The notes beneath the pieces were generated by a model. It saw only the letters and a list, made by a program, of their open reading frames with translations, ran no database searches and was not told the origin of the DNA. A DNA stretch of 64,000 bases from positions 1-64,000 of the forward strand of contig ADNK01002623.1 of assembly GCA_000320545.1 (NCBI GenBank), in the 5' to 3' direction. This document shows positions 50,508 to 64,000 of the stretch, piece after piece (within the stretch, counting starts at the first letter, position 1; each line of letters opens with the position of its first letter). The stretch is from Bigelowiella natans CCMP2755. Lineage: Eukaryota > Protista > Cercozoa. The position numbers and the translations under genes are program-made.

Positions 50508-51923
50508 ATGGACTGGTTTGAATCTATCTTTGCATACTTAAACGATGTGCATCTGATCTCTCTTGATGAGTTCAAGATGTGGTACCCCAACTACAGTTAT
50601 AATAAACCAACTCAACAGCTGCAGTAATCTCAGATCCTTCTTTACTAGATCAAGGGGCAAGGAGGAGGACATCCTCACCCCCTAACCCTACCTCACCAAA
50701 ATTGTACGATCTGCATCCACAACCAAATTATTAAATTAGTTAACACACTACAATCCTGGGAGTTCACCCCTTCCAGAGGAGATTTCAACAGGAATTGCAA
50801 TGGGTTCAAAGGGGAAGATGCCTGCCTACAGCGCCCACGCCATAGTACACTCGAATCATCATCTAACGAATTGGTCCCCCAAGTATTTTCACAGTCACCG
50901 AAAATGGATGCACTTAGTTGATTAACTTTTTCATTTCACAACTGTCGAGTATTTCTGATCCCAAACCTACCGGATATTTTACCACGTATTTCGATCAGAT
51001 TGTCATCGTCAAACTACAAAGAATGCTCCGAAGGAAGCGGCAGAAAGCACGTGATCTTATTCGTGAAAAAGTTAAGAAGGGTCTAAAGGAACAAGAGGAA
51101 GAATTGAAAAGGAAGCTAGAAGCTGGTCAAATTGATTACCTGCGTGCTCATTGAAATGCATCAAATGAATGAATGTTCCTCAGGCCGACGGCGCCGTTCA
51201 ATCAAAAAGCCTGTCTCTTCTTCGTCACGTAATAAAGAAGAAAAGAGAAATATTACGACGGTAGAAAACAAAAGCACCACTACTAATCTGAATGAGGCTA
51301 AAATTTCGAATTTGGAAATAAACCCGCCTATGCTCCCGGACTCTCAAATGACAGCGGCAACAACAAAGGAAATATCATTGTTAACGGAGGATATTTCATT
51401 ATCATCATCCTCATCATCGTCCTCCTCACGATCTTCATCACCCGCAAAATCCACTCGGACAACTAAGGCTTCAACTACCACAAAAACTACACCTTCTTTA
51501 CTTGAAGGAAAGGTTCCACTTTCGGCAAAAGATTTGGTACTTATAAATATACCTGAAGCCGATTAATCCGAACACCATTTTCCCTTGGAAGTGATGGTGC
51601 AAAATCCACGAATTTTACATTTAAATGATACTAAAAAGTAAAAACTTATTTCCTTTCTCCTCTCTATATCTTTCACACAAAGGTTCTCATTGTGAAAGTT
51701 CAGAGAAAGTTTAAGAAAATTTTGCAAAGAGGGCGTGAGAGGTTTGAAGATTCTAAGTATTTCTCTTATATTTTAAACTATATGGTTACTTTTAAGATAT
51801 CTTGTTCTCTCCAGATTACGGAATAAGGCATTGCAGATGAGGGAGGAGGCAGAAAGGGCGCTCTTAAAGAAGCTTCGAACCCCAAAACCCCGGCGTAATT
51901 CGATCAAAAATCTACACCAGTGA
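50508..51923 (+). CDS. Putative multi-exon coiled-coil protein, unknown function
   Basis: Exon-like segments VKLQRMLRRKRQKARDLIREKVKKGLKEQEEELK, a Ser/Thr-rich exon (51132..51566) and final MREEAERALLKKLR..*. Confidence 0.4.
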
Positions 51924-52119
51924 TACAAACTGGTGAAACTGTATATATTTTGTCCTCGAATTGCAAAGGATCGCTGATGACTCACGGTTCATTTACGTTC
52001 GGAGTGAATTGTAAAGTAAATGTTTTTTGGTGAAAATGAATATGTGTTGAATGTATCATTTATGATATCTTTTTTGAATTGATAATACCCTATGCGTGAA
52101 AACAGAATTTCAGCTTTAC

Positions 52120-52620
52120 TTGTGGCTGTGTGGTGTATGCATGTCATTGTTACCTCTAGCTGGGACTAGTCACAAAGTAGCCTCGTGCATTTTGTGCCAG
52201 CTACATTGTTCGCTACGTGCATGCTAGCATAATTTCATGCATAGACACAGGCTAGCAGGCAGGAAATTGCGGTCTTGCATCTTCATTGTTGCACAAAATG
52301 TTGCAGCATCTTCTCTGTGATGTGTGGAATGTTTGGTGTTGCGCTACGTACTAAGTCAAATGACATCGAAGTTCATGTTCCACGCACGATGCTCAGCGAG
52401 GCAATCTAGGCTACTTGCCAAGATCAGCATGTAGTTGTATATAGTTGGCCAGGAAAAAATGAAAGTCGAGATTGATGTCGCGATGAATTGTTGATAAATC
52501 CACACGTGCGCTTGGCTGCAAAAGGTGCAAAAGCACGCGTCCAAGTCTGCATCGCACAGGGCGTGTTAGCTGTAACCGGCGAAGCAACGGTAGGCGCTGA
52601 GGTAAACAGATTTAGCATGC
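52120..52620. repeat. TG/CA-rich decayed island between convergent genes
   Basis: Same compositional signature as the other islands. Confidence 0.45.
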
Positions 52621-54427
52621 TGCCACAATCCTGTGCTGAGAACTAGGCAACAACAAGAGAAAAAGGCTGAAAATATCACAGCAGAGATCCAAAACATTAC
52701 ATGGGAGATATCTGATGTCCCAGTGACAATGGGTCCCTTATACCCTCATGTCCAGGTAGATGAATGGCGTGATGGTTCTGCTTTTTTGATGATGGTGGTT
52801 TATCGTTGCGTACTTCCACCTTACCCCCAAAGACTACCCGAGAACCTTCAATTCCAAGCCGTCTACGAATAATGGTTTTGATGATTATAGAGATGATGGC
52901 AATAGTGTTATAATGATGCTTCGTGCGATGATCATAACTATCAAGTAATGTAAAGGAACTAGGATGGAAGGAAATGCAGTGAAAATACTAGTGTACGAGC
53001 CACTGGAATAGACATATGAAAATAATACCCAAAGGTCATCGCGCAATGATAGCAGAATATAGTATACTAAACCTAAACTCCTGTGGGGGATTATGCCATG
53101 GGTCGCATCCGTTGAACTGCAATGCATCTGTCTTATTTTTCTCACAAACTTGATGCCTCGTATCAATGTGCAACGTATATTCCCCTTTTCCTTTTCCATC
53201 TTCGCAACGGTGCATGCGTATCAGAGGTTGACGACTGTTGTTATATTGTTGATGACAAAAGCTTTAGTAATGACAACAGTTTGTAATGTTTGTAATACTA
53301 GGAGAGAATGTAGCGAATACACACATGAACTTCTTCCAATGTTAATGGCATATAGTTTTTACCGATCGTCAATCTCACAGTAAAGATATCCTTGCACACG
53401 TTCTCCTCCAAAAGTTGATCGAAATTTTCGGCAGCGACCACGCTCGATGCCTGCATAATGTGCCCCCAATAGAGAAGCATCATCATCATCCCCGTCATTG
53501 TTTTTCTTATTATGGTCGCCCTGTTCCTTGTCCTTCTTGTCATCGTTATTAGATGAAGGGTCTCCTTTTTCTCCCTCACAAATCACTGCAACCCATGGGT
53601 ACCTATTAATATCCTCAGATCCAGCGTCTACTTTTCCCAGCAATACCTAGTAACAATGATGATAAAAAGTATGACGGCCATTAATGAAAATGATGATTTA
53701 GAATTAGTAGAGATGCTTCCTAATTTATGTTTTGTTATCAAGTTATCAAATTCCCATTCGACTTTTTCATTAATTTTAGTTCATGACTCCAAAACTTCAG
53801 AATCAATCCCTTCATAGAATTGCCTTCGAATCCCGACACTCTCCGAATTTCACGACTTCATTTGTTTCATTGATGATAGATCCTTTGCATCCTGGTCGAC
53901 TGTAGCTCTCTCTCACGTCAACACTGCTCCATTTGTATGATTTTCTACAAAATATCATAAAACCAAATTTTCTGATGAGTGCAGTTCCTACACAAAAATT
54001 AGATGCTGAATAGATACAAGTTGGCAGTTGAATTGAATTGAACATGGCATTGGTGCAAAAGCTTTTTACTGCTTTGTTTGCAATTACTCCTTTTTCCTTG
54101 AGGCTTTACCTACGCCGGTAGAGTTAAGGCAGATACCAATCTGGATAAATTCATGCAGGCCATACTCGCGACAATCCGCATCCATATATACCTCCAGCTT
54201 TACCCATTGTACAGGCAAAGGCGGCGATGCAGCTGTAGGCGAAAATGAAACCGATGATGGGCTTCCCTAGAATGGTTGGTTAGTTGGTTAGTTCCAAGAC
54301 AGAAGGATAAGTGGGTAAAACTATAACATTTGCAGTTATTCACCATGCATGTGCAAGACAGGAAAGCTATGAGGACAGTCTCCCCCACGGATCTTGATTG
54401 AGAGAGTGGCATGTTGGGAAGCACCAA
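52620..54427 (-). CDS. Putative multi-exon secreted or membrane protein, unknown
   Basis: Exon-like segments KSYKWSSVDVRESYSRPGCKG..FGECRDSK, YPWVAVICEG..GRCRKF..YLYCEIDDR and GEYTLHID..CEKN..GCDP. Boundaries not resolved. Confidence 0.35.
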
Positions 54428-54695
54428 CTTTTAGGAAAAAAGGCAGGACAGGGCACGCATTAGCATGCTAAAAACAACAAAATGGCACGCATTTACATGC
54501 TGTGACTACTCATTTCAACTTTGAAAACGGAAAACAACAGCAACAAAATGGCACGCATTTAAATGCTGTGACTACTCATTGTAACGAAAATAACAACAAA
54601 ATGGCCACGCGTCTGCCTCGTACGTGCAAATACAACCCACACGGCTGATTTCATCCGCTGCTTGTCTGTGTCTGCGAACACACCAAGCTTTGAGC

Positions 54696-56578
54696 ATGGT
54701 GGAAGGTCAAGCAAAGGCTTCGGCTAATTCGATTAATTCTACTTTTGAATCGATCGGTGGAGAGAAGGTCCATCTCTTTGGAGAGAATTACTTCAAATCT
54801 GTCAGGACAAATCACAAGGTGCATGCACACGTGGCATCAAAATGCATGCAGGTGTGCGCACAGCACATGTGAACAATTTCATATTGCATTGACAGGTCCC
54901 GAATGATTTTCTCATGGAATTCAACTTTTCGGATCTATCTGAGGGCGGGGGTAAAGGGGGATCACCATTGGCATTTCTTGAAAATGGATTCATTGTGAAG
55001 GAACTCAATTCGGTAATGCGTGATGCATGTGCGTGATGCATGTGCGACTGTTCTGCAGATTTCCAAACATGAAATTTTAAAAACTTGCCATCATGTTTGC
55101 TTTTGGTGAAACAGGGTGATCATGTATCTCTACTAGAGATGACGGAATCTCTGCACCAACATTATACAGATCGTAAATGTAAAACTCTAATTGTAAAATT
55201 TTACATGCATTTCCAAGTCCAATCAACGAGGAGGTATTAAAATTATGAGCGTTAAGATAAATAAACTGGGGTGAGTGACATTTTTACAGAACATACGCGG
55301 TAATGCAAAATGTGTTTCATCATGGGAAAGGAAGGAAGATATCATGGAAGTACCTCTTCGACCTAAAAGGTTGCCAAGACGATAAGCTTTTGCAGGAAAA
55401 TGGGGAATCCATTCCGGTTGGCTAATGATCCTACTTGATTTTTTGTCATGCCATCACTGTCACTATATTCTGTATTCATGCAGGAAGTCCATCTTCGTTG
55501 GTTCAAGTTCTACATGTGCTGGTACGGATTTCAGTGTTGCTGTTCAAGGGACTGCGCCTTGTTCTGTTGCCAAACGCCTGAAAGGCAAAGGTAAGCATCA
55601 CCTGATCATGTTAGATAGAAATTTAGTAGAGACACTATTTTTGACAGGTATTTCAATGGGAAAAAATTTGCCTATGATGGAAAGCTGCATATGTCGAGCA
55701 GGGACAAAGCTACATATTCAGAATTGCTGAAAAATGACATCGTTTTCCTCAAGAATCACGAAGTGATGGATTATTCCTTACTCATAGGGATACAAGAGTT
55801 CAATTCAATTGAGGTACTTTTGTCACCTTTAGGGTATAAGTTATTTTCGTATTCATCTTCTAAAGAACCACATGCCAGGACGCGAATAATTTTGGATTTA
55901 GCAATGCACAGTTCGTCACATATTTTCCAGATGATCATAAATCAAAATATTCTGGGAAAGTTCACGTAATCTACATGGGAATTATTGACTTCTTCCAGAA
56001 ATGGAACATCGCAAAGGTAATAGAATGTCTAAATATCACGGACTTTTTTGTTGTGTCCAATTATACTTAAACTTCCTTGAAAATAGATGCTTGGCTATTA
56101 AGAGATTTTTCTGAAAGGATGTAGCCAGATGCCTAAAGACAATATTTTGTGCTCCGACACCGTTGGCAACCGTTCCTCCAGGAAGATATGCAGAGCAATT
56201 TCAGGATCATCTACTGGAAAAGTTCTTGGTGGTCCAGATTAGGAATGTAGTCTAAAATCAAGTGTGAGATGATGAATGAAGAAACTTCATAGCATGCGAA
56301 AACAGTATGAATTTTTGGCAATTGTTTTCAACTAGGATGATGCAAAAGAATGTGGAGCATATCCTGAAAATTATGAAGCTGATGAAGCTAAATCACATTT
56401 TTGCGACGGTGAAAGTACCAGCATTGGAGGTACCAAAAACCAGAGCAGGTTGAAGTCATCTATCCCAGAATCTAGACACGCGACAATGAACCCAAATGTG
56501 CTTGGAGACGTGAGTGGAAGGACCTCTGCTGAGGAAAACAAAGTGGATCGAGAGAAACTTGGTGCAGAGGCTCATTGA
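54696..56578 (+). CDS. Phosphatidylinositol phosphate kinase (PIP5K/PIPK family)
   Basis: Spliced motifs GGGKGG..FIVKE, YAVMQNVF, FDLKG, DIVFLKNHEVMDYSLLIG, YMGIIDFFQKW and TVPPGRYAEQF. Confidence 0.9.
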
Positions 56579-56599
56579 TTTTGTGAGACATTATTGAAG

Positions 56600-57240
56600 C
56601 TCTCTACAGCAAGCCATGATGTTTATGTGAAGTGTGCATTACATTAGTCTCAATGGATGAAGATCGATAATTAGTGTTTCCCAAAACTCAATGTGATCAT
56701 GACTGCCTGCTAAGTCTGTATCACTTGTTGCAGTCCACTAGTTTCAGCGGCATTGACAACAATTGAGTGCAACTACAGAGAACATGGTGCGCATGTTCGC
56801 ATCATGCATCTAATATGCTAATGATGACAATGCGTGTACGTAGCCCTAGAGCTTTCCACCGGCAAATGAGTTTTCATGTGAAATTTCGTAGAAAAATCGA
56901 AGGTTTACGCTTCTCGTTGTCCATGCAGAGATCAAAACCAAGGCACAATTACAACATGGACGGCGCCAAACATTTCTGCGCTTGCAACGCTACGAGTAAA
57001 ATGACGTTTTCCATGATGGGTTCCGGTAATTATTAATAGATGATGATGATGATGATGAGCATAGGTGGCTTCATGCAAATATTCACAAATTCTGTGCCAA
57101 AGGAGACAATGGCATGACAAACTGCGTCGGGTTCTTGATCATTCCCACGATAGTCTAGTAGTAAACGTTTGTACGCACACATTCAGCGACCAGTTAGCGT
57201 TGTTTACACACTGTGGTTGCATCATGAAGAGATGACAAAT
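56600..57240. repeat. TG/CA-rich island between convergent genes
   Basis: Composition as for the other islands; lies between the PIP5K (+) and TPR (-) stops. Confidence 0.4.
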
Positions 57241-57252
57241 GAACTTAAGAGC

Positions 57253-57362
57253 TCAATGCCCGCCTACTTTTGGTTGCAAGTAGAAAGTGCCTCTTTCAGC
57301 GGATGCTTTAATCTGAAAATGATTACATTAGCAGTGATGAGCTAAACAGCATTTTTGGATCA

Positions 57363-57407
<45 letters not shown>

Positions 57408-57428
57408 CATGTAGACACACACATTTGT

Positions 57429-57468
<40 letters not shown>

Positions 57469-57489
57469 TAATTATTATTCATAATTTTG

Positions 57490-57538
<49 letters not shown>

Positions 57539-58236
57539 GTGTGTGTATGTATGTATGTGTGTGTGTGTGTGTGTGTGTACGTGCTTACATACCCCTGTTA
57601 ATCCTGTAAGATGTTCGAGGTAGTCGTTGTCATTGACATTTGGACAGAGAACTGCTGCTTGCTCAAGGTGCTGTACCGCCTTTTCAATCTGATCACAAGA
57701 AAGAAGAAGATGATGATGCTGGTCATGATGAATTCATAACCAATTAATAGTCCCCCTCCTCCTTCCGTAGAATAATTTTACATACTGATCATAGCACCTT
57801 ATTTCTGGCTAGTAGAACAGCAAGCATATTGGAATGTGCAGCACATTGCCATGATTCAGGTGAGAAAACCTCCTGGATAAAATAGTAATTTGATTGGAAT
57901 ACATAATCTATCTGCTTACTTCCACAATGAGCGGCATCTGCTATTACTAGCGTAGCATATTCTATTATTTATCTCGACATACTGCATATCTTAACAAGGA
58001 ATAATAAAACATCAAATGCATACAATATATGATGCCGTGGAATAGTACGTGACTTGCAAATATAATATCTTTATTTTCCTTCATTCTTCAGTTAATGATG
58101 AGTACTGACCGTGTGTGCAGGGAATGTTGTTGATGCAACTCGTACTGCTTCCTGATGAAGAGGAGTAGGAAAAAGATCATGACAACGATGATGATGATGA
58201 TGATCATAATGATTGATGAGAATAGTGACCTCTGAA

Positions 58237-58282
<46 letters not shown>

Positions 58283-59272
58283 CCTCACCCCCTCTCTTTT
58301 TCTCTCTTTCTCCGAGATCGTAATCTGCTATTAGTACTCTTATAATCTTCCAAGACATTACTACTACCTTAGCGGCGAAATAAACCTCTTCAATATTTCC
58401 AGTTGACATTCCTATTATTCATGTAATTTATATCATCATCATCATCATCATCATCATCACCATCATACTGATACTACTAGTTATAGTACCTTCTATTGCT
58501 GCCCAATCGCTCGTAATTGCAGTCCATAAAACCCCACACCTGGAAGATTTAATAGAAGAGAGAGACTTGTTGTTTAGACAGATAGATCGATAGCAGTAGC
58601 CGGGTCGTTGTGTTGATCAGGATGATGGTGAGAATGCTACTTTTGATGTTGCAGCAGTATTTAGTTTCATAGAAGAGATGCTAGTAGTTGTTTGTGTTAA
58701 ATATCGTCGTCGTCGTCGTCGTCGTCATCATCATCATTGTTGTTGTTGTTGGTGTGTGTGTGTGTGTGTGTGCTTCTACTACTACTACCTTGGATTATTG
58801 CGCCCACCCTCTCCCTGCTCCAAAGTCCTATCACCATAAGTAACAAGAAACAGTAGCACCTCATAATAGTGGGAGAGAGAATAATGGAATACGTCACTAT
58901 ATTCATGGTACCAACAATAGTCTTTCCTAAGGAGTACTACTACTACTACTACTACTACTACTACCATTGCTTATATGTAGCACCTGACAGCCTTCTCTGC
59001 ATACTTTACTGATTTTACGTATTGATGTCGCTCACGGTAGATTGAAGAAAGATCCTTGATGATGATAATTATGATCAAGTAAGTGCACAGCAGCAGCAGC
59101 AGCAGCAGCAGCAGCAAAAGGTATTTGTATCATTGTATCGACTACTATTACTATAACTACCATACTCTTACTATCTTAGTTGTTAGTAGTAGCAGTAGTA
59201 GTAGGAGTACGTTGTGGGAGTATTATATGGTGCGTCTACCACTGATTTGTCATCATAATCCAAATAATAGTG

Positions 59273-59308
<36 letters not shown>

Positions 59309-59972
59309 TATATAATATGTTTTTATAATTCCCCGTTATTCTAGCAACCTTAGACAAAAATTCAGGACGTATATTATCAGAGGACCATTGAAATATTATT
59401 GCCATCTTTCGTGCCACCCCCCGCCCCCCCCTCTGCCTTTCTTTTTTCTTATGATACCTCACAGAGCGCCGATACGAGCTCAATCTTTTTTTGCCCACGA
59501 ATAGATCTGCATATTAGTAGTAGAAGTAGTAATAATAATAATAATTATACAAATATGTTGTGTAGTAGCAAGTAGCTACCAGCTCTACCAAGCCTTTCCC
59601 CTCCCAATGTATGTATACTCTTCTTCTTTCTCTTCTTCCTTCTCCTCCTTGCTACAACCTGGAAGCTTCTACTAGTTCTAAACTTCTTGCAAGAACGCCA
59701 ATTGCGTCTCCTGCTTTCTGTTACCATTAGTCAGAATTCAATTTCAGAGAGAGGGGGGAAGGAGAGAGAGGGGGGTTAGGCAGGTACAGCAACAGCAGGA
59801 GCAGCGAAGAAGATGATGAAGATGATGATGAAGAAGAACAAGAAGGGAGGGAGCGAAAGATGGAGATGAAGAACCATCAAAATATCATCATCATCATCAT
59901 CATCATCAAAAATTAGTAGTTCCCACATTCTCTTCTTTATTTTGCATGCTTTTTTTCCCATCCTCCCTCCTA

Positions 59973-60016
<44 letters not shown>

Positions 60017-60523
60017 TGTCTTTCATTTTTTCACATGACAAAGAGGCTAATGAGCGGATGACGACCTTACTATGTTTGTACATCCATGCTAACTCACGGC
60101 ACGCATTTATGGTTCTTTCAGAATGCATTCCTGAAAAAGGAGGAGGAAGAGGAGGAGGAGGAGGAAGAAGAAGAAGAAGAAGAAGAAGAAGGGAACCATT
60201 GTACTACTGGTGACGAATAATCGACGACGACCATGGTACTACCGATTGCAAAATAATAATAAATGTGTGATGATAACTGCATCCAATTCTAATCAGCAAA
60301 GGACAGCAACACTACAGGTAACCATCATGGAAAACTGGAGACCAAATTAATAAAATATGTCTTCTTAGTAGTAATCTCATTACTTACCATGCCCTGCTCG
60401 CAAAGTGCCAACCAACCGCAACTAGAGAGTCCAAAGGAGAGGGGAGGAAAATGGAACAATGCAACCAGGAAAAAAAGCATTAACCCTGCCTTCATTGACT
60501 TCGTTCTCTCTCTTTGTTATTCT

Positions 60524-60566
<43 letters not shown>

Positions 60567-60580
60567 ATTTTTTTATATTT

Positions 60581-60620
<40 letters not shown>

Positions 60621-60981
60621 GCCCATAGAAGTACGAAATGTATTCAGTGCAAAATGTTGATACACACATACAAACACACACACACGCACACACACACACA
60701 CACACACACTCTTCAAGAAGTGATACATAATAAGGACTACTACTACCTGTGTAGCTTCTGCCTCATCGTGAAATCCTGTCCTACGCTTTAATTGAGCAAG
60801 GCCCTCTAGAATATTATCGACATCATCATCATCAACAACAACAACAACAACAACAACGTACTAAAGAGGAAGAAGAATATTATCGACAACATCATCATCA
60901 TCAACAACAACAAAGTACTAAAGAGGAAGCAGAATAAGAGCAGTGAAGGTATATAGTATGCAGTGGCAAAGTGGAAGTAGT

Positions 60982-61013
<32 letters not shown>

Positions 61014-61888
61014 TAGTAGTAGTAGACGTGTGTGGAATAAACAGTGATGTAATTGGTAGGGGTTGATTACTAGTGCTGTTTTTGGTATAAATATGCGTCG
61101 TCATCGTCGTCGTCTTCTACTACCTAAAGCTCTTATAAGAGTCGCCAACTCCACTGATTTCGGCTTGGGCAGTACATATTGTAAACTATGCTCCGTGCTT
61201 ACAGAAATGGGAGGAGGGTACCAAGCCGCCTAGTGATCAGAAGGACAACCATAATGACGATCATGACGCATTAGATTAAGTTGTAATAAGGATGATGAGA
61301 TATTGGCTTGCATAAATGCAAGAATAAGGGAGAGCAAAGCAGTAGAAGAAGAAAAGCAAAAAAGCTTCATTGCTGCAATAAGACCACCGTGATATCCTCT
61401 GAGAGCCACTTCGTATCACCAAATCCATCTTTTTTTTTGTCTTCTTTGTTAACATCAGAGATGTCGTCGCTTCTATTCTCTCCTTCTCGTACTGACTCTG
61501 CTACTATGGCTGCATCGTGCTCCTTCGCCAAAGCAGTATCCAATATCTTGATTGCTTCAAGATATTTCTCTTCAGAAATGCGCAATGCTTTGTTCCTGTA
61601 CAAAGTAGTAAAACATTGCACGTATTTGTAAAAGTGCACAATGCTTGTTCCTGTACAAAGTTAAAATATTGCACTCATTTGTTAGGGGAAAAACATATCA
61701 TTGTAACACCGGTTTTTAATTTTGGCTAACCTCTCATTTTCTGTCGATGCCCTTTCTATTTTCTCCTCCATGCATCTTGCCTCATCTACTAGTTGAGCTG
61801 CGACAGAAGTGGGGGCCTTTGTTGTCACGTAGGTGTAAACATACACACCGGCAGCCAAGGTTGCGGCATACACAGCCACCACCTTCAT
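57253..61888 (-). CDS. TPR-repeat protein with N-terminal membrane anchor (many small exons)
   Basis: First exon MKVVAVYAATLAAGVYVYTY; TPR-like exons KYLEAIKILDTAL, GLAQLKRRTGFHDEAE, HSERTINACRELAWMY, DLSSIYRERHQYVKSVKYAEKAV and IEKAVQHLEQA. Confidence 0.65.
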
Positions 61889-61999
61889 CTGTGGTAATCA
61901 CATTCACATCACAAAGATATATTGGACATATCTGTGTATTACCTGACCCCATTTACTCTCAGGTCTTTTCGGCTTGTAGATAGTGCTCAGTCCCCCCCC

Positions 62000-63780
62000 A
62001 TGTAAACGTCTTGGGCGGCGAGCATGAGCATGCTCTCGACGGCCACACGTACGACTAGCACGTTGAATATTCATCCCGGTGTTGGCGCAGGAGTTGACGA
62101 GCGTGTTGAGGGTAGCGTGGATGCCATTCCTCGTGATCATCGTCGTACTTCTGCCCTTCAATTGGGAAGGGAAACGTGTGGTTGTGGAAATGTGTGACTA
62201 TGATTTGGACATAAATTCGATGTTTTCAGCATAGAAATTTTCCTAAAATAGAAGTCATTCCATTTTGTGTGTGCATCTTCTCAATGTCACTGAATTCAAG
62301 GCAGTGTTGATAATTTCGTCGATATTGCCAGCTTGAAATTTTATCCAAATGTGTGAACATTGTTGGAAGCTGTCGTTGCAACATTTTGCAGTCCATCATG
62401 AAGTTCATTGTTCATAGTTCATTGACAGACTGCGTTTCGCACACTGCAAATGTCTTGCAACACTTTGGAAACGCAAGTCATCATCATTGTTCATTGTTCA
62501 TTGTTCATTGCCGTGCTCTGAGTGGGACACTTGAGTGAGATGAAGTCAATTGGATGAAGTGATCTGAATCATCACCTGAACGCTTGTGATGTCACCTGGA
62601 GGAAGTCCAGTTTGACGCTTTGGAAGTCGGACTCGTGCAACCACTGACTGTTCAGTTTCTGTGCCAGTGTGGTGCACGCTTTGCGCACGGTTTTTTGCTC
62701 GGTCATTGGAAGTTCGTTGGGACATTGGGACAGAACTGTGAAATTGAACACCTTGATCGCTGGATCGTTCTGCACTTGAACCCAGAAACGTGGTGGGTGA
62801 TGCGATGATCGTTAGGTCGAGCCAGCACAATGGACACAGCAATGCACCATGTGTGTTGCATGTCCATCATCAGCTAGCCAGCGAGGTCCAGAACGTGCAA
62901 TGTGCGTGCGTGCACGACTGCACACTGGCTCGTGGGATCTTGCGTGCGTTTGCACGTGTGTGCAGTCGTGCAGCGGCCATGCAGCTCAGTGGCCCATCGT
63001 GGTTCTCGCAACACTTCACACCAGACTTGTTGCCAAACCTGCTAGCCTGCTGGCCTGTCGGATGCGTGCTGGCGTGGTGCATCGTCATGCGCGCGAACGC
63101 ATGGATGCATCGGATCGAAGGTCTGTTCATTGCATGCTCTGGTCTGGTGGTGCTGGCTGCGTCACACGTCTAGCCTGTAGCTGCAGATGTCGATCATGTC
63201 ATCATTGTTGATCGCCATGCTGGCGTGCGACCACTCATTTCGATCGTGTGCAGCATGCCTGTGATGGGCATGCATGCAACACGATGTGCATGCCATGCAT
63301 GACATTGCTCTGTCTGTCATGAGCATCGGATGCTCATGATGGACATCTGATGTAACACACATGCCATGCATGACATCACTGTGTCCATCGGAGCCTGGGT
63401 GCACAATGGACACACTCACCGCGTGCACGCGTGCGCACACATTGCAGACAATGTACATGTATGTGCACATCTAGACATGCACAATGCATGCATGACACAC
63501 GCACATAGCATACCGCCTGTGTCTATGGTTTGCCATGACTACTGCGCCTGTTTGTTTTGCTGTCGCATGATTTGATGGCAATGATAGGCACAGTAATATT
63601 GTGCATGCTACATTACTACACATCACTAGATCATATTACGTATGTCTATGATAAACATGTATACTGTGTATCTATTATATTACGCATGTCTATGACGGCA
63701 GCGCAGCGGCTCTGGCGGCGGATGGGTCATTGTGTAAGTTGTGTGTTATTCATTTGTGAACTAACGGAGCATAGAAATCA
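62000..63780. repeat. Large TG/CA-rich decayed island, probable TE relic
   Basis: Extreme TGCA/CATG density, with fragmentary protein-like frames broken by stops (62.2-62.85 kb). Confidence 0.55.
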
Positions 63781-63863
63781 TTTGGCACATCATGCGTACC
63801 CATCAGAGCAGAGATAATCGTATTGCTGACAACTAACACGCCACACTCAAATATTTCTATAAT

Positions 63864-64000
63864 TCAATCATCGTATATCGTGAACGAATCTAGATGCTGC
63901 AGTAAGGAACGAAACGATTTTGCTACTGTTTCCAGCTGCATTGCGGATGATGATGAGGATGGGGTCATTTCTGCGAGAGGAAGAGATGCAACCTTTTGGA
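63864..64000 (-). CDS. Possible last exon of a gene extending past the right edge
   Basis: Open frame ..SAMQLETVAKSFRSLLQHLDSFTIYDD* with stop at 63864-63866; no homology recognised. Confidence 0.25.
   Translation of the reverse strand, partial: QKVASLPLAEMTPSSSSSAMQLETVAKSFRSLLQHLDSFTIYDD

Noticed and set aside
61985-62000. G-run followed by TG on the minus strand as the PPT/LTR start of a second retroelement
   Set aside because: No matching second LTR, TSD or recognisable pol motifs in the adjacent island.

Overview
Gene-dense, intron-rich eukaryotic nuclear DNA with GT-AG introns full of microsatellites. It is probably from a flagellated protist or alga (a chlorarachniophyte-like genome is my unverified impression). 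About 15 spliced genes can be traced by hand, including an MRH-domain (M6P-receptor-like) protein, a PAN + ALKBH6-like fusion, GILT, a Cys-rich membrane protein, a CDKN3-like phosphatase, an EF-hand protein, DNAAF5, a sulfotransferase, PIP5K and a TPR protein. Genes are separated by TG/CA/CTAG-rich decayed islands that sit at gene 3' ends. Highlight 1: a young, intact Ty3/gypsy-type LTR retrotransposon (17080-22328; identical 326-bp LTRs; 4-bp ACAG TSD). It has no aspartic protease but keeps four (I/V)NA(I/L) cleavage-like sites, has non-canonical Zn-knuckle/HHCC/DDE spacings, and carries a degenerate Dam-type N6-adenine methyltransferase-like domain at the integrase C-terminus, where chromoviruses have a chromodomain. 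Highlight 2: the neighbouring GILT gene is a selenoprotein, with an in-frame TGA giving a U-P-E-C active site and a well-formed SECIS in the 3' UTR. All exon chains were assembled by eye and no database searches were run.
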